A DNA stretch of 39,431 nt from Chthoniobacteraceae bacterium (lineage in GTDB: Bacteria; Verrucomicrobiota; Verrucomicrobiia; Chthoniobacterales; Chthoniobacteraceae). Made by a program: the position numbers and the translations under genes. Positions 26,440-35,577 of this stretch are shown one piece after another. How positions within the stretch are numbered: position 1 is the first letter of the stretch; the number at the start of each line of letters is the position of its first letter. The stretch is taken from contig JBEBGD010000046.1 of the NCBI GenBank assembly GCA_040081625.1, positions 1 through 39,431 on the forward strand. Reading direction: 5' to 3'. The notes under the pieces were generated by a model. That model made no database searches, was not told the origin of the DNA, and saw nothing but the letters and a program-made list of their open reading frames with translations.

Positions 26440-29400
26440 ATGCTCTCCCGCTTCGTCCTCGTCGCCCTCCTCCCTGCAGCCGCCCTCGCCAATGCGGAGG
26501 GCGATGCGTTCTTCCGCCAGAAGATCGAGCCGATCCTTCGCGAGAACTGCTTCAAGTGCCACAGCCACGCCGACGGGAAGATGAAGGGCAATCTCGTCGT
26601 CGATTCGCGCGACGCGCTGATCGCGGGTGGCGACACAGGACCGGCCGTCGTGCCTGGCGCCCCGGCGAAGAGCCTCCTCATCGAGGCCATCGGCTACAAG
26701 AATGTCGACCTGCAGATGCCGCCGAAGGGCAAGCGACTCACTGATGAGCAGGTTGCGACGCTCACCGACTGGGTGAAGCAGGGCGCGCCTTGGCCGGAGG
26801 AGCCGGGCCACAAGATGAAGTCGCGCCCGCGCGGCACCATCACCGAAGAGGATCGCAAGTGGTGGGCATTCCAGCCGGTCGCGAAGGTCGAGCCGCCGCC
26901 CGCCGACCCGTGGTGCGCGAATGACATCGACCGTTTCATCTTCGCGCGGCTCAAAGCCGAGGGCCTCGCTCCTGCTCCGCGCGCGGAAAAAGGCGCGCTC
27001 ATCCGGCGCGTGTATTTCGACCTCGTCGGCTTGCCGCCCACGCCGGAGGAAGTCTCCGCATTTCTCACCGACAAATCGCCTGGCTCCTACGCGAAGCTCG
27101 TGGACCGGCTGCTCGCCAGCCCGCGCTACGGCGAACGCTGGGCGCGTCACTGGCTCGATGTCGTGCGCTACGCGGAGAGCGACGGCTACCGGCTCGACGA
27201 ATATCGCCCGCACGCGTGGCGTTACCGCGACTACGTCATCCGCAGCTTCAACGCCGACAAGCCCTACGACCGCTTCGTGCAGGAGCAACTCGCCGGTGAT
27301 GAGCTGTGGCCCGACGATCCCGACGCGCGCATCGCGACCGGCTACCTCGCCGCCGGCATCTACGAATACAACAACCGCGACGCGGTCGGCCAGTGGAGCA
27401 ATATGCTCAACGATCTCACCGACACGACGGCCGACGTTTTCCTCGGCATGGGCGTCCAGTGCGCGCGCTGCCACGACCACAAGTTCGACCCGATCCTGCA
27501 AAAGGATTACTTCCGACTCCAGGCGTTCTTCGCGCCGATCCGCTTGCAGCAGGAAGGTGAAGTCGCCTCACTCGCGGAGCGGGCCGACTACGCGCGGAAG
27601 CTCGCGGTCTGGGAGGAAAAGTCCGCCGACCTGCGCCGCCAGATCGCCGAACTCGAGGCGCCTTACCGCGACAAGGCCGCGCGGGATGCGATCGAGAAAT
27701 TCCCGATCGAGACACGCGCGCTCATCGCCAAGCCCGTGTCGGAGCGCACGCCGTATGAGCAGCAGATTGTCGAGCTCGCGTGGCGCCAGGTGGACTACGA
27801 GTGGAGCTACAAGCGCTTCGAGGCGCGGGTGAAGGAGCCGGCGAAATCCGCGCGCACCGCGCTGCTTATCGAGCTGAAGAAATTCGACACGGACAAGCCG
27901 GAGCCGCTGCCCGTCGCGCCGACGGCGACCGATGTCGGCCCGAAAGCATCGCCCATCTTCGTCCCGAAAAAGGCGGCACTCGGCGAGATCGCGCCCGGCG
28001 TGCTTACGATCCTGGATGAAGGCCCGGCGAAGATCGAGCCGTGCGCCACGACGACCGGACGCCGCGCCGCGCTCGCGCGCTGGCTCACGCAGCCGGAGAA
28101 TCCGCTGACCGCGCGCGTGATCGTGAATCGCGTATGGCAATATCACTTCGGTCGCGGGCTCGCGATCAATGCGAGCGACTTCGGCAAGCTCGGCGAAAAG
28201 CCGTCGCATCCCGAGCTGCTCGACTGGCTCGCGCATCGCTTCGTCGAGGAGGGCTGGAGCATGAAGAAGCTGCACCGGAGCATCGTCACGAGCGCCGCTT
28301 ACACGCAGTCCGCGACGAACCCGGCCGCCGCGCAGGCGCGCGTGAAAGATCCCGAGAACATCCTGCTCTGGCGCGCCTCGACCAAGCGGCTCGACGCCGA
28401 GCAGATCCGCGACGCAATTCTATCCGTCACCGGCGAGATCAAGCTCCCCGACGGCGGTCCCGCGGCCGATTTCACCAAGCCGGTGCGCACCGTCTTCAAC
28501 GAGGTGAAGCGCAACGTGCGCGACCCGGTGCTCGAAGTCTTCGACCTGCCGGAAGGCTTCAGCAGCATCTCGCAGCGCAACACGACCACGACGCCCACGC
28601 AGTCGCTGCTGATGATCAACAGCCGATGGGCGCTCGAGCGCGCGCGCGCCTTCGCGCTGTGGCTGCGTAGCCAGAACAGCTCCGACGAGGGCGACATCGT
28701 CGCCGGCGCCTACCGCCGCGCCTTTGGCCGCGACCCACGCGGCACCGAGCTCGCTCGTGCGCGCAAGTTCATCGACGAACAAGCCGGCGCGATCGCCGCC
28801 GACGCGCCGCCCGAGACGATCGCGCCATTCGCCAACGACAAGATGCGCTACCGCGAGGGCCAGTCCGCGCAGCTCATGCCCGGCTCGACCCAGGAGCGGC
28901 TCGTCGTGCTGCACGAGCCGGGGATGCCGAAGGCCGACTTCACCATCGAGGCGTTCATCAACATCAAGTCCGTCTATGAGACCGGCGCCGTGCGCACGAT
29001 CGTCTCGAAGTGGGACGGCTCGAAGGGGCATCCGGGATGGTCGCTCGGCGTCACCGGCAAAGGCTCGCGCAACAAGCCGCAGACGCTCGTGCTGCAGCTC
29101 TGCGGCGACAAGCCGTGGAAGCCGACGGACCCGGTCGAGCCCATCTTCTCCGGCGTCCATATCGACCTCGGCAAGCCCTACTTCATCGCCGTCTCCGTGA
29201 ACCTCGACGACGCGACCGAGCGCGGCATCACCTTCTACGCGAAGGACCTCTCGAACGACGACGAGCCGCTGCAAGCCGTGCAAGTCGCGCACGTCGTCAC
29301 CAGCGGCATCGCGAACGACTCGCCGCTGGTCTTCGGCGGCAGCCCGCGCGGCACCGGCAACCTTTTCGACGGCCTCATCGACGACGTGCGCCTCACCGAT

Positions 29401-29628
29401 GGCGCGCTGCGCGCCGAGCAGTTGCTCTTTAATAATGCATCGCTCGGTGAGCGCACCGTCGGCTACTGGAAGTTCGAGGGCGACGCCCCCTACGCCGACG
29501 CCACCGGCCACGGCAACGACATCGCCGCGCCCAAGCCCGCCGCCGAGCGCGAAGACCCGCGCCTGCTCGCCCTCGTGAACTTCTGCCACGTGCTGCTCAA
29601 CTCGAATGAATTCCTCTATGTCGATTGA
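26440..29628 (+). CDS. Planctomycete cytochrome c / DUF1549 / DUF1553 protein with inserted LamG-like domain
   Basis: CFKCH heme motif, WAFQPV, YGERWARHWLDVVRYAES, CARCHDHKFDP, NPLTARVIVNRVWQYHFGRG; LamG-like FTIEAFI...FDGLIDDVRL...VGYWKF. Confidence 0.9.
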   Translation: MLSRFVLVALLPAAALANAEGDAFFRQKIEPILRENCFKCHSHADGKMKGNLVVDSRDALIAGGDTGPAVVPGAPAKSLLIEAIGYKNVDLQMPPKGKRLTDEQVATLTDWVKQGAPWPEEPGHKMKSRPRGTITEEDRKWWAFQPVAKVEPPPADPWCANDIDRFIFARLKAEGLAPAPRAEKGALIRRVYFDLVGLPPTPEEVSAFLTDKSPGSYAKLVDRLLASPRYGERWARHWLDVVRYAESDGYRLDEYRPHAWRYRDYVIRSFNADKPYDRFVQEQLAGDELWPDDPDARIATGYLAAGIYEYNNRDAVGQWSNMLNDLTDTTADVFLGMGVQCARCHDHKFDPILQKDYFRLQAFFAPIRLQQEGEVASLAERADYARKLAVWEEKSADLRRQIAELEAPYRDKAARDAIEKFPIETRALIAKPVSERTPYEQQIVELAWRQVDYEWSYKRFEARVKEPAKSARTALLIELKKFDTDKPEPLPVAPTATDVGPKASPIFVPKKAALGEIAPGVLTILDEGPAKIEPCATTTGRRAALARWLTQPENPLTARVIVNRVWQYHFGRGLAINASDFGKLGEKPSHPELLDWLAHRFVEEGWSMKKLHRSIVTSAAYTQSATNPAAAQARVKDPENILLWRASTKRLDAEQIRDAILSVTGEIKLPDGGPAADFTKPVRTVFNEVKRNVRDPVLEVFDLPEGFSSISQRNTTTTPTQSLLMINSRWALERARAFALWLRSQNSSDEGDIVAGAYRRAFGRDPRGTELARARKFIDEQAGAIAADAPPETIAPFANDKMRYREGQSAQLMPGSTQERLVVLHEPGMPKADFTIEAFINIKSVYETGAVRTIVSKWDGSKGHPGWSLGVTGKGSRNKPQTLVLQLCGDKPWKPTDPVEPIFSGVHIDLGKPYFIAVSVNLDDATERGITFYAKDLSNDDEPLQAVQVAHVVTSGIANDSPLVFGGSPRGTGNLFDGLIDDVRLTDGALRAEQLLFNNASLGERTVGYWKFEGDAPYADATGHGNDIAAPKPAAEREDPRLLALVNFCHVLLNSNEFLYVD

Positions 29629-31060
29629 TTCCACCTTCTGCGGTCGCCGCGACACCGCGCTCTCCAAGCGCGACTTTCTCACCCGCGCCGGTGCCGGCTT
29701 CGGCGCGCTCGCTCTCGCCGACATGCTGCGCGGCACGCCGCTCGAGGCCGCGCTCGCGAATAATCCGCTCGCGCCACGGCCCGGCCATCTCATGCCGAAG
29801 GCGAAGAACGTGATCTTCCTCTTCATGGAAGGCGGGCCGTCGCACATGGACACCTTCGATCCGAAGCCGCTGCTCACCCAGCTCGCGGGCAAGCCGATTC
29901 CGCCGAGCTTCTCGCGCGTGATCACGGCGATGGGTGAGTTCGATTCGCCGATCCTCGCCTCGAAGCGCACGTGGGCGCAGCATGGCAAGTCGGGCCTTTG
30001 GGTGAGCGACTGGCTGCCGCACATCGCGGAGTGCGTGGACGACATCGCGGTGATCCGTTCGTGCTGGGCCGACGGCATCAACCACTCCGCGGGCGTGTGC
30101 CAGATGAACACCGGCTCCATCCTCGCGGGCCGTCCGTCGCTCGGCGCGTGGGCCAGCTACGGGCTCGGCAGCGAAAACGAAAACCTGCCCGCCTTCGTCG
30201 TGATGCAGGACAACCTCTCGACCGTCACGAATGGCCCGCGCAATTGGGGCGCCGGGTTCATGCCGGCGGTGTATCAAGGCACGCGCATCACTGCATCGAG
30301 CGAGCCGATCCCGAACCTCAACACGCCCGAGGGCGTGAGCGAAGCGCAGCAGCGCGGGAAGCTCGACTTCCTCAACGTGCTCAACCGCGAGCACGCCGCG
30401 TCGCGCCGGATCCAGACCGAACTCGACGCCCGCATCGCCAGCTACGAACTCGCCTTCCGCATGCAGGCCGAGGCGCCCGAAGCTGTCGATTTCTCCGGCG
30501 AGAGCGACGCCACCAAAAAGCTCTACGGCATCGACGAAAAGGAAACCGCCGACTACGGCAAGATGTGCCTGCTTTCCCGCCGGCTCGTCGAGCGCGGCGT
30601 GCGCTTCGTGCAGCTCTACCACGGCGCCGGCAGCAAGTGGGACTCGCACAGCAAGCTCGAGGAAAACCACAGCAAGCTCTGCCGCTCGAGCGACAAGCCG
30701 ATCGCCGGGCTGCTGCGCGATCTCAAGGCGCGCGGCCTTCTCGACGAGACGCTCGTCGTGTGGGGCGGTGAATTCGGCCGCACTCCGCAGAGCGAGAAGG
30801 GCGACGGGCGCGACCACAACCCGACCGGCTTCACGATGTGGATGGCCGGCGGCGGCGTCGCGGGCGGACAGACGATCGGCACCACCGATGAAGTCGGCCT
30901 GCACGCGGTCGAGGACCGGCTGCACATCCACGACCTGCACGCGACGATTCTCTGGCTGCTCGGCATCGACCACATGGGCCTCGTCTATAAATACAAGGGC
31001 CGCCCCGAGCGCCCGACGCTCAACGAAGGCGAGGCGTATCGGAAGATCGCGCGCGTCTAG
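29618..31060 (+). CDS. DUF1501-domain protein with Tat-like signal
   Basis: SKRDFL, AKNVIFLFMEGGPSHMDTFDPKP, RLVERGVRFVQL, LDETLVVWGGEFGRTP, GRDHNP. Confidence 0.92.
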   Translation: MSIDSTFCGRRDTALSKRDFLTRAGAGFGALALADMLRGTPLEAALANNPLAPRPGHLMPKAKNVIFLFMEGGPSHMDTFDPKPLLTQLAGKPIPPSFSRVITAMGEFDSPILASKRTWAQHGKSGLWVSDWLPHIAECVDDIAVIRSCWADGINHSAGVCQMNTGSILAGRPSLGAWASYGLGSENENLPAFVVMQDNLSTVTNGPRNWGAGFMPAVYQGTRITASSEPIPNLNTPEGVSEAQQRGKLDFLNVLNREHAASRRIQTELDARIASYELAFRMQAEAPEAVDFSGESDATKKLYGIDEKETADYGKMCLLSRRLVERGVRFVQLYHGAGSKWDSHSKLEENHSKLCRSSDKPIAGLLRDLKARGLLDETLVVWGGEFGRTPQSEKGDGRDHNPTGFTMWMAGGGVAGGQTIGTTDEVGLHAVEDRLHIHDLHATILWLLGIDHMGLVYKYKGRPERPTLNEGEAYRKIARV

Positions 31061-31491
31061 TCGCGGACGATTTCGTTCGGCAGTTCGTTGCGATCATCCG
31101 GCCTGGCGGGGAAGTGGCGCGCGAGCAGTTCTCCCGCTTTGTGGATGGCGTTCACGATCGCGTCGGTGAAGCGGTCGGCGCGCAGCTCCGCCGCAGTCTG
31201 CGCGACGAGTTCCTCCCAAAATGCTGCACCGCATTTCTCGTGGATTCCGCTGTCGCCGATGATCGCGAACTTCTGCGAGTGCGGCGCGAGGTAGAGCAGC
31301 ACGCCATTGCGCTCGCGCGTGCTGCTCATGCCGATTTGCTCGAAGCGTTGCTGCGCGCGTGCGACGGGATCCTCGATCTCGCGGCTGGAAATCCAGACGC
31401 GGATCTCGCCGGAGGTGCGGCGCTCGGCATTCACGATCGCGGCGACGATGCGCGGCTCGTCGAGGCGGCTGAGAAAATCTTTCGCCTTCAC
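31057..31491 (-). CDS. TPM-domain protein
   Basis: GTG start MKAKDFL; IVNAERRTSGEIRV, TRERNGVLLYLA...FAIIGDSGI, NELPNEI. Confidence 0.88.
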   Translation of the reverse strand: MKAKDFLSRLDEPRIVAAIVNAERRTSGEIRVWISSREIEDPVARAQQRFEQIGMSSTRERNGVLLYLAPHSQKFAIIGDSGIHEKCGAAFWEELVAQTAAELRADRFTDAIVNAIHKAGELLARHFPARPDDRNELPNEIVRD

Positions 31492-32213
31492 CAGCTTCCC
31501 CCCGCGCCTCCTCCGCCAAAGCTTCCACCGCCGCCGGAGAAGCCGCCGCCGGACGAACTGCTTCCGCCTCCGCTGCTCCACGAGACGGTGCCGTAGCGCG
31601 TGATCATCTTCCCGCTGCGGCTGCCCTTGGAGATCCGGGACAGGATGAAAATGATGAGCGCGAGCACCGCGAACCCGAGCAGCGGATTGACCGCATTGGA
31701 ATCGTCGCCGGCGACCCGGCCGGTGCCTTTGTATTCGCCGCGTGTCGCGGCGAGCATCGCATCCACGCCGCGCGTGAGCCCTGCATCGAAGCGGCCCGCC
31801 TTGAATTCCGGCGCGATCTCCTCGTCGATGATCCGCTTCGCCGTCACGTCGGCCAGCACGCCTTCGAGCCCGTAGCCGACCTGGATGAACATCGTGCGAT
31901 CCGAGATGAACACGAAGAGCACGGCGCCGTTGTCCCGATCCTTTTGGCCGACCTTCCACGATTCCGCGGTGCGAAAGGTGAAGTCCTGCACCGCCGCCGC
32001 CGACTGCATCTTTTGAAAGACAGCGACGACAATCTGGTTTGACGTGTCCCGCTCGAATTGCCGCAGCTTTTCGTCGAGCGTCGTCGCGGTCTGCCCGGAG
32101 ACGGCACCGGCGTAGTCGTTGAAATACGCGGCGGGCTTCGGCGGCAGAGGCTCGGCGGCGCGGGCCGACGCGAGAGTGAGCGCAAGCCACGCGAAGACGA
32201 GCGCGCGGGCCAC
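31488..32213 (-). CDS. TPM-domain (YgcG-like) membrane protein
   Basis: WKVGQKDRDNGAVLFV...IQVGYGLEG; Gly-rich tail GGGFSGGGGSFGGGGAGGSW. Confidence 0.9.
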   Translation of the reverse strand: MARALVFAWLALTLASARAAEPLPPKPAAYFNDYAGAVSGQTATTLDEKLRQFERDTSNQIVVAVFQKMQSAAAVQDFTFRTAESWKVGQKDRDNGAVLFVFISDRTMFIQVGYGLEGVLADVTAKRIIDEEIAPEFKAGRFDAGLTRGVDAMLAATRGEYKGTGRVAGDDSNAVNPLLGFAVLALIIFILSRISKGSRSGKMITRYGTVSWSSGGGSSSSGGGFSGGGGSFGGGGAGGSW

Positions 32214-32216
32214 GGC

Positions 32217-32846
32217 TTAGCGGGCGGGCGCGGGCGTGGCCTTGCCGAAATCGAAGCTCACCGGTGGCGGCACATCGCTGCCTTCACGCGCGGCGAAATA
32301 CGGACGCGGCTGGAAGCCGAACGCCCCGGCGTAGAGGCGCGCAGGCATCGCGTTCACCGAGGTATTGTAAGTGACCACCGCTTCGTTGAAGCGCCCGCGC
32401 TCGACGGTGATGCGGTTTTCGGTTCCCTCGAGTTGCGCCTGCAAGTCGCGGAAGTTCGCGGTCGCCTTGAGGTCGGGATAGCGCTCGATGACCACCAGCA
32501 GGCGCGAGAGCGCGCCAGAGAGCTGGTCCTGCGTCTTTTGAAATTGCGCGAGCGCCTGCGGATCGTTCGGCGCGCTGGCCGGATCGACTTTGAGGTTGGT
32601 CACCTGCTGGCGCGCCTGCACCACATCCGTCAGCGTGGATTTCTCGAAGTTTGCCGCGCCTTCGACAGTCTTGACGAGATTCGGAATGAGGTCCGCGCGG
32701 CGCTGATAGACGTTCTGCACGTCGGCCCAGCTTTTATCGACCTGCTGCTTCTGGCCGTTGAGCCGGTTGTAGCTGTTGCACCCGCCGAGCAGCGCGACGA
32801 AGACGATGGCGACGATGATGCCGAGGATGAGTGAGAAGCTTTTCAT
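32217..32846 (-). CDS. lemA: LemA family protein
   Basis: WADVQNVYQRRADLIPNLVKTVEG, ERYPDLKA, QLEGTENRI; start MKSFSLILG. Confidence 0.93.
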   Translation of the reverse strand: MKSFSLILGIIVAIVFVALLGGCNSYNRLNGQKQQVDKSWADVQNVYQRRADLIPNLVKTVEGAANFEKSTLTDVVQARQQVTNLKVDPASAPNDPQALAQFQKTQDQLSGALSRLLVVIERYPDLKATANFRDLQAQLEGTENRITVERGRFNEAVVTYNTSVNAMPARLYAGAFGFQPRPYFAAREGSDVPPPVSFDFGKATPAPAR

Positions 32847-32907
32847 GCGGGCCGGATTGGATACAGGCGTTGTGAGGAAGCGCGCAACGTGTGTATCGTC
32901 GCCCTCC

Positions 32908-34110
32908 ATGTCCATCGCGCAATTTGACTCCATCGACGACATCCTCCGCGACATCCGCGCGGGGAAAATGATCATCGTCACCGACGATGCGGACCGGGAG
33001 AACGAGGGCGATCTCGTGATGGCGGCGGAGAAGTGCAGCGCGGCGGCGGTGAACTTCATGGCCACGCACGGCCGCGGGCTGATCTGCGCGCCGCTGAGCG
33101 AGGAGCGCGCGGAGGCCCTCGGGCTTCAGCGGATGGTCGTCGAGAATCGCGAGACGTATCGCACCGACTTCACCGTCTCCGTCGATGCGGCGCGTGGGAT
33201 CGGCACGGGCATCAGCGCGCAGGATCGCGCGCGGACGATCGCGGCGCTGGTCGATCCGAAGTCGAAACCCGCCGACCTCGTGCAACCCGGCCACGTCTTC
33301 CCGCTGCGCGCAAAGCCGGGCGGGGTGCTGCGGCGCGCGGGGCACACGGAGGCGAGCGTCGATCTCGCGCGGCTCGCGGGGCTCCAGCCCGCGGGCGTGA
33401 TCTGCGAGATCCTCAGCACCGACGGCACGGCGATGCGGATGCCCGAGCTGCTCAGGTTTAAGAAGCAGCACAAGCTGCGGATGTGTTCGATCGCGGATCT
33501 CATCGCGCACCGGCGGAAATTCGAGCGGCTCATCGAAGCCGAGCAGGTCATCAAGATGCCGACCGACTACGGCGACTTCGACCTGCACCTTTACCGCAGT
33601 GTCGTGGATGGCGTGCATCACCTCGCGCTCGTGAAGGGCGACATCTCGCCGCGCAAGGCGACGCTTGTGCGGGTCCACAGCGAGTGCCTGACCGGCGACA
33701 TCTTTGGCAGCCGGCGGTGCGATTGCGGGCACCAGCTTCACCGCGCGATGGAGTTGATCGCGGAAAAGGGCGGCGTGCTTTTATATATGCGCCACCACGA
33801 AGGCCGCGGCATCGGGCTGCCGGCAAAGATTCACGCCTACAAGCTGCAGGAGGAGGGGCTCGATACGGTCGAGGCGAACATCAAGCTCGGCTTTGCGCCG
33901 GAGCTGCGCGACTACGGCATCGGCGCGCAGATTTTGTGCGACCTCGGCGTGCGCAAGATGCGCTTCCTCACGAACAACCCGAAGAAAGTCGTCGGGCTCG
34001 AGGCGTATGGTCTGAAGATCGTCGAGCAGGTGCCGATCAAGGCGCCGTCGAATCCGCACAACGCGCGCTACCTCGAGACGAAGCGCGTGAAGATGGGGCA
34101 TCTGCTGTAG
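32908..34110 (+). CDS. ribBA: Bifunctional DHBP synthase / GTP cyclohydrolase II
   Basis: DDADRENEGDL, PGHVFPL, RAGHTEA, VRVHSECLTGD, RCDCG, EGRGIGL, RDYGIGAQIL. Confidence 0.96.
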   Translation: MSIAQFDSIDDILRDIRAGKMIIVTDDADRENEGDLVMAAEKCSAAAVNFMATHGRGLICAPLSEERAEALGLQRMVVENRETYRTDFTVSVDAARGIGTGISAQDRARTIAALVDPKSKPADLVQPGHVFPLRAKPGGVLRRAGHTEASVDLARLAGLQPAGVICEILSTDGTAMRMPELLRFKKQHKLRMCSIADLIAHRRKFERLIEAEQVIKMPTDYGDFDLHLYRSVVDGVHHLALVKGDISPRKATLVRVHSECLTGDIFGSRRCDCGHQLHRAMELIAEKGGVLLYMRHHEGRGIGLPAKIHAYKLQEEGLDTVEANIKLGFAPELRDYGIGAQILCDLGVRKMRFLTNNPKKVVGLEAYGLKIVEQVPIKAPSNPHNARYLETKRVKMGHLL

Positions 34111-34185
34111 CACAGCTTCTCGTTTTGTGACGCTGCGGGAACCTTGCGGTGCCGGTGGGCACGCCTATGGTGCGCGCGCCCAGAA

Positions 34186-35568
34186 ATGACCGAAACAAAC
34201 GCCACTCCACAACGCCCGAATCGCGCGCTGCTGGTGGGTGCGTATCGAGCCGCTTCGCAGCGTGATGAAGCGGAGAGCCTGCTCGAGGAACTCGAGGAGC
34301 TTGCGCGCACGCTCGGGCTGACGGTCGGCGAGCGGATGCTCGTGTTTCATCGCGAAGCCCACGCGCGCCTGCTCATCGGGTCGGGCAAGGCGCAGGAGAT
34401 CGTCGAGCACGCGGAGCAGCAGGGCTTCGACCTCATCATCTTCGACAACGACCTCTCGCCTTCGCAGCAGCGCAACTGGGAAACGCTCGCCGGGCGTCCG
34501 GTCATCGATCGGGAGGAAGTGATCCTCGATATTTTTGCGCAGCGCGCCCGGACGCGCGAGGCGCGGCTCCAGATCGAGCTGGCGCGCGCGGAGTATTCGC
34601 TGCCGCGGCTCACGCGGGCGTGGGGGCATCTCGCCCGACAGGGCGGCGGCATCGGCGGACGCGGTGAAGGCGAGAGCCAGCTCGAGCAGGACAAGCGTCG
34701 CCTGCGCGGGCAGATCGACCAGCTCAAGCGCGAGCTCAAGGAAGTCCGCTCGGCGCGCGCCACGCAGCGCAAGGACCGCCAGCGCACGCCGGTGCCGAAC
34801 GCGGCGATCGTCGGCTACACGAATGCCGGCAAGTCTTCGCTGCTGCGCCGGCTCACGGGCGCGGATGTATTCATCGAGGACAAGCTCTTCGCCACGCTCG
34901 ACACGACCACGCGTCGCATCGACCTGCCGAACAAGCAGCCGCTGCTGCTTACCGACACCGTCGGATTCGTGCGCCGGCTGCCGCACGATCTCGTCGAGTC
35001 CTTCAATGCGACGCTCGAGGAGTCGGTCTTCGCGGATTTCCTCATCCACATCGTCGATGCCTCGCAGCCGCGCGCCGCGGATTTTTTCAACACGACCGAG
35101 CGCGTCCTGGCCGAACTCGGTGCCGGTGACAAGCCGAAGCTCGTGGCCTTCAACAAAATCGACCGCGTTCAGAACCCGGAGACGCTCGCGAATCTGCGGC
35201 GGCAATTCCCGGACGCCGTCTTCATCTCCGCGCAGACGGGCGAGGGGATCGACGCGCTCGTGGGACGGCTGTGCGACTGGGTGGCAAGCTCGGGACTCAC
35301 CCGCGAATTGCGCCTGCCCAACGGGGCCGGGGCCGTGCTCGCCCGGCTGCATCGCGAGGCACAGGTGCACGAAATCGAATACCTCGGCGACGAGGTGCGC
35401 ATGCTAGCGACCGTGCCGAACCGGCTTTGGGCGATCGTGAGTGAATTTCTCATCGACGACACCGGGGGCGATGAGGTAAAGCGTTCGGGTTCTGAGAACG
35501 ATCCACCTGCACTTACTCTTAAGAATGCATCCCGCCCGCGGTCCAAGACCTGCGTAAGCGAGCCGTAA
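34186..35568 (+). CDS. hflX: GTPase HflX
   Basis: GGIGGRGEGESQLE, VGYTNAGKSSL, LFATLDTTTR, DTVGF, NKID. Confidence 0.95.
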   Translation: MTETNATPQRPNRALLVGAYRAASQRDEAESLLEELEELARTLGLTVGERMLVFHREAHARLLIGSGKAQEIVEHAEQQGFDLIIFDNDLSPSQQRNWETLAGRPVIDREEVILDIFAQRARTREARLQIELARAEYSLPRLTRAWGHLARQGGGIGGRGEGESQLEQDKRRLRGQIDQLKRELKEVRSARATQRKDRQRTPVPNAAIVGYTNAGKSSLLRRLTGADVFIEDKLFATLDTTTRRIDLPNKQPLLLTDTVGFVRRLPHDLVESFNATLEESVFADFLIHIVDASQPRAADFFNTTERVLAELGAGDKPKLVAFNKIDRVQNPETLANLRRQFPDAVFISAQTGEGIDALVGRLCDWVASSGLTRELRLPNGAGAVLARLHREAQVHEIEYLGDEVRMLATVPNRLWAIVSEFLIDDTGGDEVKRSGSENDPPALTLKNASRPRSKTCVSEP

Positions 35569-35577
35569 TTCCGCGCG

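Noticed and set aside
32847..32907. FMN riboswitch upstream of ribBA
   Set aside because: The gap to divergent lemA is only about 60 bp and lacks the conserved FMN aptamer sequences.
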